Source: Candidatus Multivoradales bacterium
GTDB lineage: Bacteria; Acidobacteriota; Thermoanaerobaculia; Multivoradales; Multivoraceae
DNA: 64,000 nt
Assembly (NCBI GenBank): GCA_965223325.1
Contig: CBDCWI010000002.1
Location: 3,136,001-3,200,000, forward strand
Direction of reading: 5' to 3'
The first letter of the stretch is position 1, and the number at the start of each line of letters is the position of its first letter. The notes below the pieces were generated by a model. That model saw only the letters and a program-made list of their open reading frames with translations. It was not told the DNA's origin and searched no databases. The translations under genes were made by a program, and so were the position numbers. Positions 29,987-40,346 of the stretch are shown in pieces.

Positions 29987-30016
29987 TTGACCCTCTGTGT
30001 CAGCGATTGATAGACT
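29987..30016 (+). promoter_or_regulatory. candidate sigma70 promoter for pilB
   Basis: TTGACC-18 bp-TAGACT. Confidence 0.45.
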
Positions 30017-30174
30017 TCTCCTTCGCGAGCTTTCCTAGAAATCCCGAGATTTCAGGCACGCCTAGCTCGAGGCCCTCTGGGCTCCCTGGTCCCAACCCTC
30101 CGAGACCTCCCAGACGGTTCCACACTTTTCTCATTTCACTTCTAGTTCCCCCCCCAACACGGAAGGACCGGTCG

Positions 30175-31896
30175 ATGGACAACCGACTTGGCGAACTGCT
30201 GATTCGCGCTGGACACATCAACGAAGAGCAATTGCGCGAAGCACTCGCCCATCAGCGAGAAGCGGGCGGACGTCTGGGAACCAATCTCGTCAAGCTCGGC
30301 CACATCTCCGACGAAGCTCTGGTGTCCTTCCTTTCGCAGCACTTCGGTGTTCCGTCGATCAACCTCGCCAACATCGGCATCGACGAAGCGATCATCCAGA
30401 TCATCCCTGCCGACGTCGCCCGCAAGTACACGATCCTTCCGGTCTCGAAGACCGGAGCCAAGATCACAATCGCGATGATCGACCCGACCAACGTCTTCGC
30501 CATGGACGACATCAAGTTCATGACGGGTTATGGAGTCGAGCCGGTCGTCGCCTCCGAGTCCATGCTGCGTTCGGCGATCGATCGCTACTACGGCTCCACC
30601 CACGCCGTCGAGCTCAAGAAGGTCATGGACGACCTCGAAGACGACGAGATCGATCCCGATCTCGAAGTCCTCGAAGATGAAGATGAAGTCGACCTGGCCG
30701 AACTCGAGCAGGAGTCCGAGGACGCTCCGGTCGTTCGCCTGGTCAACATCATCCTGACCGACGCGATCAAGAAGGGTGCTTCCGATATCCACGTCGAGCC
30801 CTACGAGAAGGACTTCCGCGTTCGCTACCGCATTGACGGCGTGCTCTACGAAACCATGAGCCCGCCCATGAAACTGCGCGAGGCGATCACCAGCCGCATG
30901 AAGATCATGGCGAAGCTCGATATCGCTGAGAAGCGGCTGCCGCAAGATGGTCGCATCAAGATCAAGACGCGCATCGGCGGCAAGGCCAAGGACCTCGACT
31001 ATCGCGTTTCGATCCTGCCCACCCTCTTTGGCGAGAAGATCGTTCTTCGTCTGCTCGACAAAGACAACCTCATGCTCGACCTCACCAAACTCGGTTTCGA
31101 GCAGGAGTCACTCGACAAGTTCGAGCACGCAATCATGCAGCCCTACGGCATGGTCCTGGTCACCGGACCGACCGGTTCGGGCAAGACCAACACGCTCTAC
31201 TCCGCCTTGTCCCAGGTCAACAAGCCCGACACCAACATCATGACCGCAGAGGATCCGGTCGAGTTCAATCTCCACGGCATCAACCAGGTGCAGATGCGAG
31301 AGAACATCGGCTTGAACTTTGCCGCAGCGCTGCGTTCCTTCCTGCGCCAGGATCCGAACATCGTCCTGGTTGGTGAGATTCGTGACTTCGAAACCGCTGA
31401 GGTCGCGATCAAGGCTGCAATGACCGGCCATCTCGTGCTATCGACCCTGCATACCAATGACGCGCCGTCGACCATCAACCGTTTGATGAACATGGGTGTT
31501 GAGCCCTTCCTCGTCGCGACCTCGGTTCATATGGTCGTCGCCCAGCGCCTTGTGCGTCGTATCTGCTCGAACTGCAAAGAGGCGGCCGACGCCACGCCGC
31601 AGGCACTGATGAACGTCGGCTTCTCGGAAGAAGACGCAAACACCGTCAAGGTCTTCCGCGGCCGTGGCTGCGAGACCTGCAGCAACACCGGCTACAAGGG
31701 CCGCGTGGGCCTCTATGAAGTCATGCCGGTTGGCGAAGAGGTCCGCGAGCTGATTCTCTCGGGCGCCAGCTCGTTCGAGATCCGCCAGAAGGCCATCCAG
31801 ACCGGCATGATCACCCTGCGCGGTTCGGGCCTACGCAAGGTCTCCGACGGTCTCACGACTACCGAAGAGGTCGTCCGCGAAACCGTTCTCGGGTAG
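30175..31896 (+). CDS. pilB: type IV pilus assembly ATPase with MshEN domain
   Basis: RLGELL..G tandem motif, ASDIHVEP, GPTGSGKT, GEIRD, STLHTND, CxxC...CxxC; ATG at 30175. Confidence 0.95.
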   Translation: MDNRLGELLIRAGHINEEQLREALAHQREAGGRLGTNLVKLGHISDEALVSFLSQHFGVPSINLANIGIDEAIIQIIPADVARKYTILPVSKTGAKITIAMIDPTNVFAMDDIKFMTGYGVEPVVASESMLRSAIDRYYGSTHAVELKKVMDDLEDDEIDPDLEVLEDEDEVDLAELEQESEDAPVVRLVNIILTDAIKKGASDIHVEPYEKDFRVRYRIDGVLYETMSPPMKLREAITSRMKIMAKLDIAEKRLPQDGRIKIKTRIGGKAKDLDYRVSILPTLFGEKIVLRLLDKDNLMLDLTKLGFEQESLDKFEHAIMQPYGMVLVTGPTGSGKTNTLYSALSQVNKPDTNIMTAEDPVEFNLHGINQVQMRENIGLNFAAALRSFLRQDPNIVLVGEIRDFETAEVAIKAAMTGHLVLSTLHTNDAPSTINRLMNMGVEPFLVATSVHMVVAQRLVRRICSNCKEAADATPQALMNVGFSEEDANTVKVFRGRGCETCSNTGYKGRVGLYEVMPVGEEVRELILSGASSFEIRQKAIQTGMITLRGSGLRKVSDGLTTTEEVVRETVLG

Positions 31897-31929
31897 GTAG
31901 CGTTGTTGGCGGCCTTGTGCGAGCCCGAG

Positions 31930-33768
31930 CTAGGCGTCGAAACACTCCTCGACCGCGCGCCACGCCTGATCGATGGCACCCTTGGTGTTCGATGACGCGC
32001 CAGCGTCCGAGTTGGCGATGGTGATCCGGCCGAACGGCTTACGCCCTTTCACCCAGGGTTTGTCCGCCTCGCTCGCATAGTCCGGCTCCCAGATGAGATC
32101 GGGTCCGTATGAGTAACCGTGCGGCCAACGATTGACCGTTATGGCTTCAATGTCACGGTCGGAGTCAAAGCCGGCGGAGCCGAGGGCCTGGTCGAGTTGA
32201 TCGCGCACGTGATGTTCAAAGACGTCGAAGGGCGTTCTCAAGAGGCGACGACGTGCTTCGCGCCACTGTTCTGGGCCGCTTATGTCCGGCGAGTGATGGA
32301 CATGACACATGTGAAGAATCATTGGATCGCTTGGCGTCCGTGCGCGTTGGTAGCCGCCAAGCGAAACCGGGTAGTCAAGCTCGACCTGCTTGTAGAAGTC
32401 GTCGGTGTAGTAAACGAAGTCCAGCCCCAGTTGGGCAAAGGCCTTCCAATCTGGGACGAGCACCTTTGTGTAGGTCAGGGGCACCTTGACGCCATAGGCC
32501 AGCGCCTCTTTCTGCTCCGTCGGCAACTCGGGACAGAGGTAGGGGATGGTGCCGTTGTACCCCGCCAAGATGCACCGGTCGGCCCTTACCGTGTAAGCGT
32601 TCTTGCCGTGAACGAAGGTCACGTCAACGGCCTTCTGGTTCTGTGTGTGCCTGGCATGCACGACCGTACTATTGAGCCGCACTCTGACGTTTTGATCCGG
32701 CCGATCGAGTTGTGCATAGCGCACGCGGGCCGTCACCACATCCTCCATCGTCGACCCCGGAACGGCCTGCGGCAGCATGGACCGCACGAGCAGCCGTGCA
32801 ACCGAAGCGTTGCCGTCTGGAAAGTGGAAGATGTACGGTTCGTCACCGCGGTGCCCCGCTCTCTCGAGAGTGTGCTCGAGCCCCGGCATGCCGCCGTCGT
32901 AGGACTGCACCAGCGTGGCTGGAATCTCGTCGATACCGACACACCAGAAACTCATTCCCCAGCGGCGGTACATCTCGAGCAGCTGCGCATCGACGCCCAC
33001 ATAGTCGCGTAGGAAGGTCTCATAGCTGACCCGCCGAAGCTTTTCGTGCTTCTCTTCGTTGCGGAGCCCAGGCAGGTAGTCCTTCTTCTCCGTCCAGACT
33101 CGCACCAGGTCTTTCTTGGCCCGCTCGTTCAGGGGGGTCTGCGCTGCGAACTCCGGCCACGGGATCTTGTTGTATCCGACCGCCAGTTTCTGGGTGCCGA
33201 AGTTCGCCTTATCGAAGAGAATCCCCTTACTCAATCCCAGAGATCGATAGAGCTCCTGGTCGTAGGCCTGGTAGAACTTCCGGACATCGATCCCAATGTC
33301 TTTGAGCAGCCTTTTCGCAACCTGGCTGTACGCGGAAGGGGTGTCGATCGACTCGGTACCACCGTAGCCAATCCGGGTCGCACCGCCGCTTCGAAACTCG
33401 TTACGTTTCGCGTGGCCCCCAAAGTCGTCGTGGTTATCGAGAATCAGAATACGAGCCGAAGGCTCGCGCTGACTGTAGAAGTGGGCTGCCGAGAGGCCGC
33501 TGATCCCAGCCCCGACGACGACCAGGTCGTAGTGCTCTAGAGGCACGCCAGCAGACCAACGACGGCCGGCAACGCGCGCGTGCATACTCTCCCAGGAACC
33601 CTCATGACTGCCGCGCAGACCGGTCTTCGCCGGCGGATAGTAGTCGTCGCCAAGCTCGAACGGTTGCGCCTGGGCACCTCCAACTCCCGCACCAGGTCGG
33701 ATCAAGGCGGCGCCGATCGCAATCTGGGTCCCGTTCAAGAAATCGCGTCGCGTGATTCCTCGCTTCAT
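31930..33768 (-). CDS. Tat-exported FAD oxidoreductase, spermidine dehydrogenase (SpdH)-like
   Basis: TRRDFLNG Tat motif, YYPP..TGLRGSH, GAGISG, DFGGHAKRNE, NRWPHGY. Confidence 0.8.
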   Translation of the reverse strand: MKRGITRRDFLNGTQIAIGAALIRPGAGVGGAQAQPFELGDDYYPPAKTGLRGSHEGSWESMHARVAGRRWSAGVPLEHYDLVVVGAGISGLSAAHFYSQREPSARILILDNHDDFGGHAKRNEFRSGGATRIGYGGTESIDTPSAYSQVAKRLLKDIGIDVRKFYQAYDQELYRSLGLSKGILFDKANFGTQKLAVGYNKIPWPEFAAQTPLNERAKKDLVRVWTEKKDYLPGLRNEEKHEKLRRVSYETFLRDYVGVDAQLLEMYRRWGMSFWCVGIDEIPATLVQSYDGGMPGLEHTLERAGHRGDEPYIFHFPDGNASVARLLVRSMLPQAVPGSTMEDVVTARVRYAQLDRPDQNVRVRLNSTVVHARHTQNQKAVDVTFVHGKNAYTVRADRCILAGYNGTIPYLCPELPTEQKEALAYGVKVPLTYTKVLVPDWKAFAQLGLDFVYYTDDFYKQVELDYPVSLGGYQRARTPSDPMILHMCHVHHSPDISGPEQWREARRRLLRTPFDVFEHHVRDQLDQALGSAGFDSDRDIEAITVNRWPHGYSYGPDLIWEPDYASEADKPWVKGRKPFGRITIANSDAGASSNTKGAIDQAWRAVEECFDA

Positions 33769-33919
33769 GACAGCTCCCGGTGTGATGGAGTCGCGAATGG
33801 GGCCCAGCGTCTCACATTGGGTGAGAGAGCACGATGCTCGGCGGACACCTCAGGGCAGGCGTTCTTCAACCGACCTTGAAAGAAAACCACCGTGAGGGCG
33901 AGAGCCAGCCACTACGACC

Positions 33920-34085
33920 CTAGTACCCCGTACCATTGAAACGGATAGTGGCTGAGCGGATGATCGTGCTCGAGATCAAGGCGTCACGACGCAGGCATAT
34001 CGGTGATCTGTCGAGGAGTGACAACACAGAGATCGAGCGCGAGGACCGCGCAGACGCTGTGCGTTTCAATGGTACGGGGTACTAG
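33920..34085. mobile_element. 166-bp MITE/palindromic element with 24-bp perfect terminal inverted repeats
   Basis: CTAGTACCCCGTACCATTGAAACG (33920-33943) and its exact reverse complement (34062-34085); non-coding interior. Confidence 0.8.
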
Positions 34086-35590
34086 TAGGGCCACTCACCC
34101 TCTGGATCGTAGTCGAGCACCCGGTTCGTGGGCAGGGCCTCCCGATCGACGACCTGGCCCGCGAAGATCACCCGTTCGATAAGCCGAAGGTTGGTGATGT
34201 CTTGCAGCGGATCGGCCGACAGAACGAGCAGGTCGGCAGACTTCCCGACTTCGAGCGAACCGGTCTCCGTACCCAGGCCGTAGGCCTCGGCACCGTTCCT
34301 CGTCGCGGCTTGGAGAATCCGTAGCTGACCAACGCCGAGGTCCTGCAGCGCTTCCATGCGCTCGAAGTGTGCGCGACCGAGCCTTCCCCACACCACCGGA
34401 CCAAGCTCGAGGGCTTCTGGCCCCTGATCCGTTGCCAGCGTAAAGACAACACCTGCATCCAGCCAGACTCGCAGCCCCTCGGCCCCCTGCTCGAGAAACT
34501 CGTCCAGTTGTGTGTCGAGCAGCGGGAGCTGGCGTTCTCTGAGAATGCGATGGAGGTGAGGGTCGGCCTTCTGTTCTCGCGCCGGGTTCCAGTTCAGGGT
34601 CCGCTCGAGGTTGCGGCGCGAAGGAATCGCCATGAGCCCGGATGCGATCTTGCGCTCTGCAATCTCCTTGACCAGCTCGCGAACCGCACGGCGCTGCGGC
34701 TCACTCGCCGAGCTGTATCCGAAACTCATCACGTTGGGGTGAATGAGGAGATCGCTGTCGACCTCGACAGCCAAACGGAGGCTCTCGACACTGAAGGTAT
34801 GCGTGGAGAACGGGATCTCGGCCTCGCGTGCCACGGCACGCATCCCCAGGAGCGCCTCTTTCGAGAACATCAGCGGTTCGACCGTTCCAAGGCCGTGCCC
34901 GCTCACACCGACCTTCAGAAAGTCGACTCCCTTGGCGATGTAGCTGCGCATCGCGTCCGCGACTTCTTCGGGGGTCATCGCCAACAGTTCCGGGCCTGCC
35001 CCCGCCTCCCACAGCGCGTCGATGCGCTGCCGGATCGCCGGGTGGACCCAACCCCCGTAGCGCAATGACGAACCAGCGACCGGCCACGAGCCCATGAAAT
35101 AGCTCGAGAATGGCCCGCCCGTTCCGACAATGTTGCCAGCAATAAGAATGCGACCGCCGGGGGCCTCCCCTCGGCGGATTCGATCGCGCGCTTCCAGCAA
35201 CGGCTCGAGAGGCCCCCAGGTGTCGGCCATGGTCGTCATGCCGTACTTGAGCCCCACCTGCGCCGACTCGACTGCGATCTCGGTGAGGCGGTCCTCGTAC
35301 TTGATGAAGAACTCGGGCACGGTCATCAGGATCAGATGGACATTCGTGTCCACCAGCCCCGGCGTGACGAAACGACCAGACAGGTCGAGATGCTCGCAGT
35401 CTTCTGGCACGTCCACATCGCCCAGCTCGACGATGCGACCGTCGCGCGCGACCAGCGTCGCCTGCGCGAGCGTACCCCGATCCGAAATCGTGTGGATCGT
35501 AGCGCCGCTCAACGCCAGACAGTCAGCGCGCGCTGCCCCTCCTCCCGCGAACGCAAGGAGAGCAAGCCCCAACAGAGATCGGTTGAACAA
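34082..35590 (-). CDS. secreted amidohydrolase family protein
   Basis: PGLVDTNVH, GVDFLK, TH, IH, ATD, ATRNGA, GSLEVGKSADLLV; start approximate (TTG at 35590). Confidence 0.85.
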   Translation of the reverse strand: MFNRSLLGLALLAFAGGGAARADCLALSGATIHTISDRGTLAQATLVARDGRIVELGDVDVPEDCEHLDLSGRFVTPGLVDTNVHLILMTVPEFFIKYEDRLTEIAVESAQVGLKYGMTTMADTWGPLEPLLEARDRIRRGEAPGGRILIAGNIVGTGGPFSSYFMGSWPVAGSSLRYGGWVHPAIRQRIDALWEAGAGPELLAMTPEEVADAMRSYIAKGVDFLKVGVSGHGLGTVEPLMFSKEALLGMRAVAREAEIPFSTHTFSVESLRLAVEVDSDLLIHPNVMSFGYSSASEPQRRAVRELVKEIAERKIASGLMAIPSRRNLERTLNWNPAREQKADPHLHRILRERQLPLLDTQLDEFLEQGAEGLRVWLDAGVVFTLATDQGPEALELGPVVWGRLGRAHFERMEALQDLGVGQLRILQAATRNGAEAYGLGTETGSLEVGKSADLLVLSADPLQDITNLRLIERVIFAGQVVDREALPTNRVLDYDPEGEWPY

Positions 35591-35604
35591 CGACCGAGTC
35601 CGAC

Positions 35605-37833
35605 CTACCAGTCGTAGCCGACGCGAAACGAGACTGTTCTCGGACGAATACTCGATGCCACCACCGCCTCGGTCAACGTGGGGCCTCCAGCACCCACAGA
35701 GAGTAGAGGGGTCGAATCGTCGACATTGTCGACACCCAGACGAAGCTCCCATGGGCCGAAGTATGCGCCAACCGAGACATTGATGACGTTCTGCGCCGGA
35801 ATTGGCACGGCACCGAAACCAGAGTTGAACCCTTCGGTCGAGGTCTCGTCTTTGTGCCAGTAGTTCGCGCGAAAGTAGCCCAGCCAGTCTTCGCCGAGCT
35901 GGAAGTTGTAGCCGAAGTCGGCAGACCATGCGTTCTTTGGCGTGCGCTGGAGCTTGTCTCCCTTCTCGATCAGCACACGCCCGGCCTCGGGGAAGATCAC
36001 CGCATCTTGCTGGAACTCGTTGTCGCTGTAGGTGTACGACAGCCCGGCGAAGACGCCTTTGCCGAGCAGATCCTGAGTGAACAGCTCGAGTTCGGCACCG
36101 TCCGCCTCGAGGTCCGACGCGTTGGCGGTGAAGGCAAACTGGCCGATGCTATCTCGCACTACGGCCTGCACGTCTTCCCAATCCATTCTGTAGACCGCCA
36201 GGTTGAGCGCCAGCTTGTTCCGCAGCCAGGTCGACTTGTAGCCCAGCTCGTAGTTGACGAGGCGATCGGGATCAAACTTGAGGAACTCGAGGGAGCTGTT
36301 CCACGCCTCACCGACGAAGGGATTGAACCCACCGACCCGGAAGCCCTCGGAGCGCATGAAGTAGAGCAAGTCGTTGTCACCCACCGCCTTGCTGAGGTGA
36401 AGCTTGTAGAACGAATCTTCGTCTCCGACTGTTCCAGTTTCCTGTCCGAAGCTGGTGCTCAGAAACTGCGTGTCCTGGTCGTTCTCGACCTCCCAGTCAA
36501 AGTAGCGTCCACCGAGCAGGAGCTCCCAGCCAGACCCCAACGAAAAGGTCACCTCGCCGAAAATCGCTTTCTCACTGATCTTCTCCGGACCACCGAGGGT
36601 GAAAACCGACACGCCGTCTCCGACCGCAAGGGGGCCTGGAGTCACCGGGTTAGAAACCTCGCGCTGCACGAACGTCTGGTTGGTGTCGTTCTCGTCCCAG
36701 AAGAGGCCACCGACCCATCGCACGCTCGACCCTCCAGTCGATGCGAGGCGCAACTCATGAGTCATCGAGTCGTCGTCTGCATCTTCGGCCGTCTTGGTCA
36801 ACGGCACGAAGCCAAAGGCTGACTCTGTGCCACTCTCGAATCGCCGATCGAGCGCATAGTAGGAACCGTTGTATGTCAAAGCACCCCAGCCGAAGACCTG
36901 GTCATAGATCACGTTGGTCAACGAGAACTCTTGATCGGCCGGGAGATCAAACAGAGGAATCGTGCGCTGACGACCGGGCAACGAAGGCTCGAAGAAACTG
37001 GGATAGTCCGCCGACAAGTCGGCGCGATGGTGGATCACCCGCAGCGCTGCCGAGTCGGACGCCTGGAAGAGTAGCGACGCGCGAAGTGCGGTCTCTTCAG
37101 AATCGTTGACGTCTTCCTGGCCGGTCGTCGGGTTGTCGACATACCCACCGTCTCCCACGTGCTGGGCGGCCAACCGCAAGGCCACGCGCTCGGCATTGAG
37201 CGGCAGATTGAGGAATCCGTTGACCAGAAAGCCGTCCGCGCCGCCGGACGTCGACGAGTACTCGGTCGCCAAGCGCGCGTGCATACCACCGAGCTGCGGC
37301 GCACGAGAAGCGAAAGAGATCAGGCCGCCGACAGCTTGCGAGCCCCAGAGAGTGCCCTGCGGACCGCGGAGTATCGCCACCTCCCCGATGTCGAACAGAC
37401 GGTAGTTGGCGCCAAATCTGGGGGCACCATCGAGGTACTGGCCGACCACCGAAACGGTGTTGTCGGCTACCGGCGAAAGACCGCGCATGGAGATCAACGA
37501 GTGTCCGCGTCCGGGGCCGCCGTTCTCGATGAAATTCGTGCCCGGAGACTGCACCACCAGTTCGTCGAACTCCACGACATCGAGTCGGTCGAGCCGGTCC
37601 ACATCAAAGGCGGTAATGGCAATAGGAAGTTCCTGGACCTTGACTTCACCCTGCTTCGTCGCAGCGACGGTCACGACGTCGTCAAACGTCTGGATGGGGG
37701 CGTCTTCGCCGTCTGTCTCCGTGTCCTGCGCCAGGCCTGGTTGTGTGAGCAGAAACAGACAGAACGGGAGCGCAAGCCAGATCGCCGACCTGTTAGGGAG
37801 CAGTCGTTTCCCGTCAACTCGAAAAGACCTCAT
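35605..37833 (-). CDS. TonB-dependent receptor
   Basis: DDVVTVAA TonB box, ILRGPQGTLWG plug motif, terminal aromatic residue (RVGYDW). Confidence 0.93.
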   Translation of the reverse strand: MRSFRVDGKRLLPNRSAIWLALPFCLFLLTQPGLAQDTETDGEDAPIQTFDDVVTVAATKQGEVKVQELPIAITAFDVDRLDRLDVVEFDELVVQSPGTNFIENGGPGRGHSLISMRGLSPVADNTVSVVGQYLDGAPRFGANYRLFDIGEVAILRGPQGTLWGSQAVGGLISFASRAPQLGGMHARLATEYSSTSGGADGFLVNGFLNLPLNAERVALRLAAQHVGDGGYVDNPTTGQEDVNDSEETALRASLLFQASDSAALRVIHHRADLSADYPSFFEPSLPGRQRTIPLFDLPADQEFSLTNVIYDQVFGWGALTYNGSYYALDRRFESGTESAFGFVPLTKTAEDADDDSMTHELRLASTGGSSVRWVGGLFWDENDTNQTFVQREVSNPVTPGPLAVGDGVSVFTLGGPEKISEKAIFGEVTFSLGSGWELLLGGRYFDWEVENDQDTQFLSTSFGQETGTVGDEDSFYKLHLSKAVGDNDLLYFMRSEGFRVGGFNPFVGEAWNSSLEFLKFDPDRLVNYELGYKSTWLRNKLALNLAVYRMDWEDVQAVVRDSIGQFAFTANASDLEADGAELELFTQDLLGKGVFAGLSYTYSDNEFQQDAVIFPEAGRVLIEKGDKLQRTPKNAWSADFGYNFQLGEDWLGYFRANYWHKDETSTEGFNSGFGAVPIPAQNVINVSVGAYFGPWELRLGVDNVDDSTPLLSVGAGGPTLTEAVVASSIRPRTVSFRVGYDW

Positions 37834-37947
37834 GCCGCGTTCCTCCGTTGGATGGTCTGGAGCGCGATCGTCCCCAAGGGCAAGCACACTGACAAGGACT
37901 CTGCGTCAGCACGAGGCGGGCTGCGCCGAGCCGGTCTCCAAACGGGC

Positions 37948-38784
37948 TCAGCCGCCGGTTGAGTGTCCCTGCAGCCGCTGGCGGAAACCGTGACTGTAGG
38001 TGCGGCTCATCTTTACAACATCACCCTTATGGAGCACGATCTGGTAGTCACCGTGGGCGGTAGGTCGCAGCTCCTTGACTTGATCAAATCTCACCAGGGC
38101 GCGACGGTGAATGCGTCCGAACTCCGCTGCCAACGCTCGCTCCAATCGTGCAATCGAATCACGAATGGAATACTGCCTGTCCTCGGTGTGCAGTTTCGCG
38201 TAGTCGCCGTCGGCCTCGATCCAGAGCACGTCTGCTACGTCCACCGGCACCTCACGACCCTGGAGCCGCACGAGGAAACGATGAGCCGCCGAGGGTGCCG
38301 CGCTCGCTTCGGTCTCCGCTTCCGGGTAGAGCGACGACTGCAGTACTCGAGCGAGGTGCTGCCCTCGAATGCGCTCACGCAGTACACGGACCCGATCGAG
38401 CGCCTGCTCGAAGCGCTGGTCATCGATCGGCTTGAGCAGATAGTCGACCACGTTGGCTCGAAAGGCGTCGAGAGCGAACTGTGAGTACGCCGTGACCAGG
38501 ATCACCGCCATCTCGGACAGCGCTTCGACCAGGTTGTCATCGTCCGCCAGGCGCTCGAGCAGGGCGAGACCGTTCTCTCTAGGCATCTCGACGTCGAGGA
38601 ACAACAGATCCGGCGGATCTTCTCGGATTCGAGAGAAAGCGGAAGCCGCGCTCGCACACTCGCCAACCACCATCATGTCTTCGTGTTCTCGCAGCCGGAG
38701 GGACAAACCCTCGCAAGCCGCAGGCTCATCATCTACAACCAGGACGCGCACCGGCGTTCGCTCTTGCGAGATGTCGACGTTCAT
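37948..38784 (-). CDS. LytTR-family response regulator
   Basis: VVDDE, LFLDVEMP, YLLKP; LytTR FGRIHR...MSRTY; ATGA overlap with the kinase. Confidence 0.93.
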   Translation of the reverse strand: MNVDISQERTPVRVLVVDDEPAACEGLSLRLREHEDMMVVGECASAASAFSRIREDPPDLLFLDVEMPRENGLALLERLADDDNLVEALSEMAVILVTAYSQFALDAFRANVVDYLLKPIDDQRFEQALDRVRVLRERIRGQHLARVLQSSLYPEAETEASAAPSAAHRFLVRLQGREVPVDVADVLWIEADGDYAKLHTEDRQYSIRDSIARLERALAAEFGRIHRRALVRFDQVKELRPTAHGDYQIVLHKGDVVKMSRTYSHGFRQRLQGHSTGG

Positions 38785-39923
38785 AGTGAGAGCCTGTCCG
38801 GGTTCTCTTGTTCCGTCATGAAGGGAATCTCGAGTCGGGCACAGACACGCCCATTCGGCGAAGCCGAGAGATCGAACGAATGCTCTGGAAACACATGCTG
38901 CAAGCGCTTGCGCGTGTTGGCGAGGCCAATTGCATCTTCCGCGCGCTCGCGCCACTGTCGGGCGAGGCCGATACCGTCGTTCTCGATCGCCACCGCCAAG
39001 CGCGCGCCATCGCGTCGCGCTCGGATTACGATTTCGCCACCACCGTCGAGCGCCGCGAGACCGTGCTGGATGGCGTTCTCGACCAGCGGCTGGAGTAGGA
39101 GTGGAGGTACCTGTGCGGGGCGAGCTCGAGCGTCAACGTCGAGCTTCACCTGGAGGCGCTCGCACCAACGAGCCTGCTGGATCTCAACGTACTCTTCGAC
39201 AAGGTCGAGCTCTTCGGCAAGGAGCACGGTCTCTCGGTTCTCGAGAGCCAGTACGCGGCTGAGGAAGCGGCCGAGGGCCGCAAGCATGGCACGCGCCGAA
39301 CGGTGATCGCCGCGCAGAATCTGCGTTGACACGGCATTCAGGGCGTTGAGCAGAAAATGAGGCTGCAACTGTTGGTTGAGAGCAGTGACCTGCGCTCGCG
39401 CGAGCTCGGCGAGGCGTTGCGCTTCACGTAGCTCCTCCCGACGCCGCCGGCTTTCCTGCTCGAGTGCATGGGTCACGAGTACGACCAGCAGATAGCCGAA
39501 CGACATCAATTGAACGTGCGTACTCGTGGCGAGCGTTACCATCCACCCGGAGAAGCCGTACTGCTGAGAAGGCCAGAAGTCGCGCGCCAGCGAGTACCAG
39601 AGCGAGTCGGCACTCAACATCAAAAGGGTGAGCGCCAGCCAGGCCACCACGTGGACCGCGATCGAGCGCAATCCCATGCGCGCTTCAACGGGGTGGCGCC
39701 GAGTGATGGCCGCCACCGCGAACGTAACGGGAATGAAGATCCACCACGTCGGCATCCCAACGAGAAACGCCTGCCACCAGCTGATCTCACCCCACCAGTA
39801 CTTGCCCGATTGATAGAGCTGAATGGAGTAGAGGACGCCGGGAAGGCTCCAGAGGAGAGCCACCAGCAAGAGCCGTTGTGGCCATTGCTGAGGCAAGAGT
39901 TGCCGTGCAGGCTTTTTGGTCAT
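38781..39923 (-). CDS. LytS-family membrane sensor histidine kinase
   Basis: QLQPHFLLNALN, LQPLVENAIQHG, IGLAN. Confidence 0.93.
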   Translation of the reverse strand: MTKKPARQLLPQQWPQRLLLVALLWSLPGVLYSIQLYQSGKYWWGEISWWQAFLVGMPTWWIFIPVTFAVAAITRRHPVEARMGLRSIAVHVVAWLALTLLMLSADSLWYSLARDFWPSQQYGFSGWMVTLATSTHVQLMSFGYLLVVLVTHALEQESRRRREELREAQRLAELARAQVTALNQQLQPHFLLNALNAVSTQILRGDHRSARAMLAALGRFLSRVLALENRETVLLAEELDLVEEYVEIQQARWCERLQVKLDVDARARPAQVPPLLLQPLVENAIQHGLAALDGGGEIVIRARRDGARLAVAIENDGIGLARQWRERAEDAIGLANTRKRLQHVFPEHSFDLSASPNGRVCARLEIPFMTEQENPDRLSL

Positions 39924-40346
39924 CGCGCTATGGTACCTCTGGATTGACCCCCGCGTTCACCGCTACGCTCGATCTTGGCGTGGCCCACGGCATGGCGGTC
40001 TCCCGAGAGCACAACAGCCGCTCCGTTTTTCTGACCGCTCATCGCCTCGAGTAGGCGCTGGTGTTGGCTGAACCACCCCTGTTGCCAGAGGCATTTGAGA
40101 CGGACGGTGTGTCAGGCGAAACTGAGCGTGGCCTCAGATCAGGCGTGCCGCGACCGCCTGGTTGGAATCGGCTTCGCCCTGGTCAGCCATTGCTCGACCT
40201 CTGGGGGTACCAGACCGGCCGGTAGGCCGCTGGCGGGAAGGTGACCATGGACGGCAGGAAGAGTCTTCGGTTGTGCGGCAGCGCGTGTCGACTAGAATCA
40301 AGGGCTCCACTCTCCAGATTGAGCTTTACCCTGCCCTGGTCCACTC

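Noticed and set aside
35591-35929. N-terminal extensions given in the ORF track (amidohydrolase, pilB, ADH, purN, atpB, SSS, SDR)
   Set aside because: They overlap neighbouring genes or intergenic DNA. Downstream starts fit RBS, coupling and domain boundaries better.
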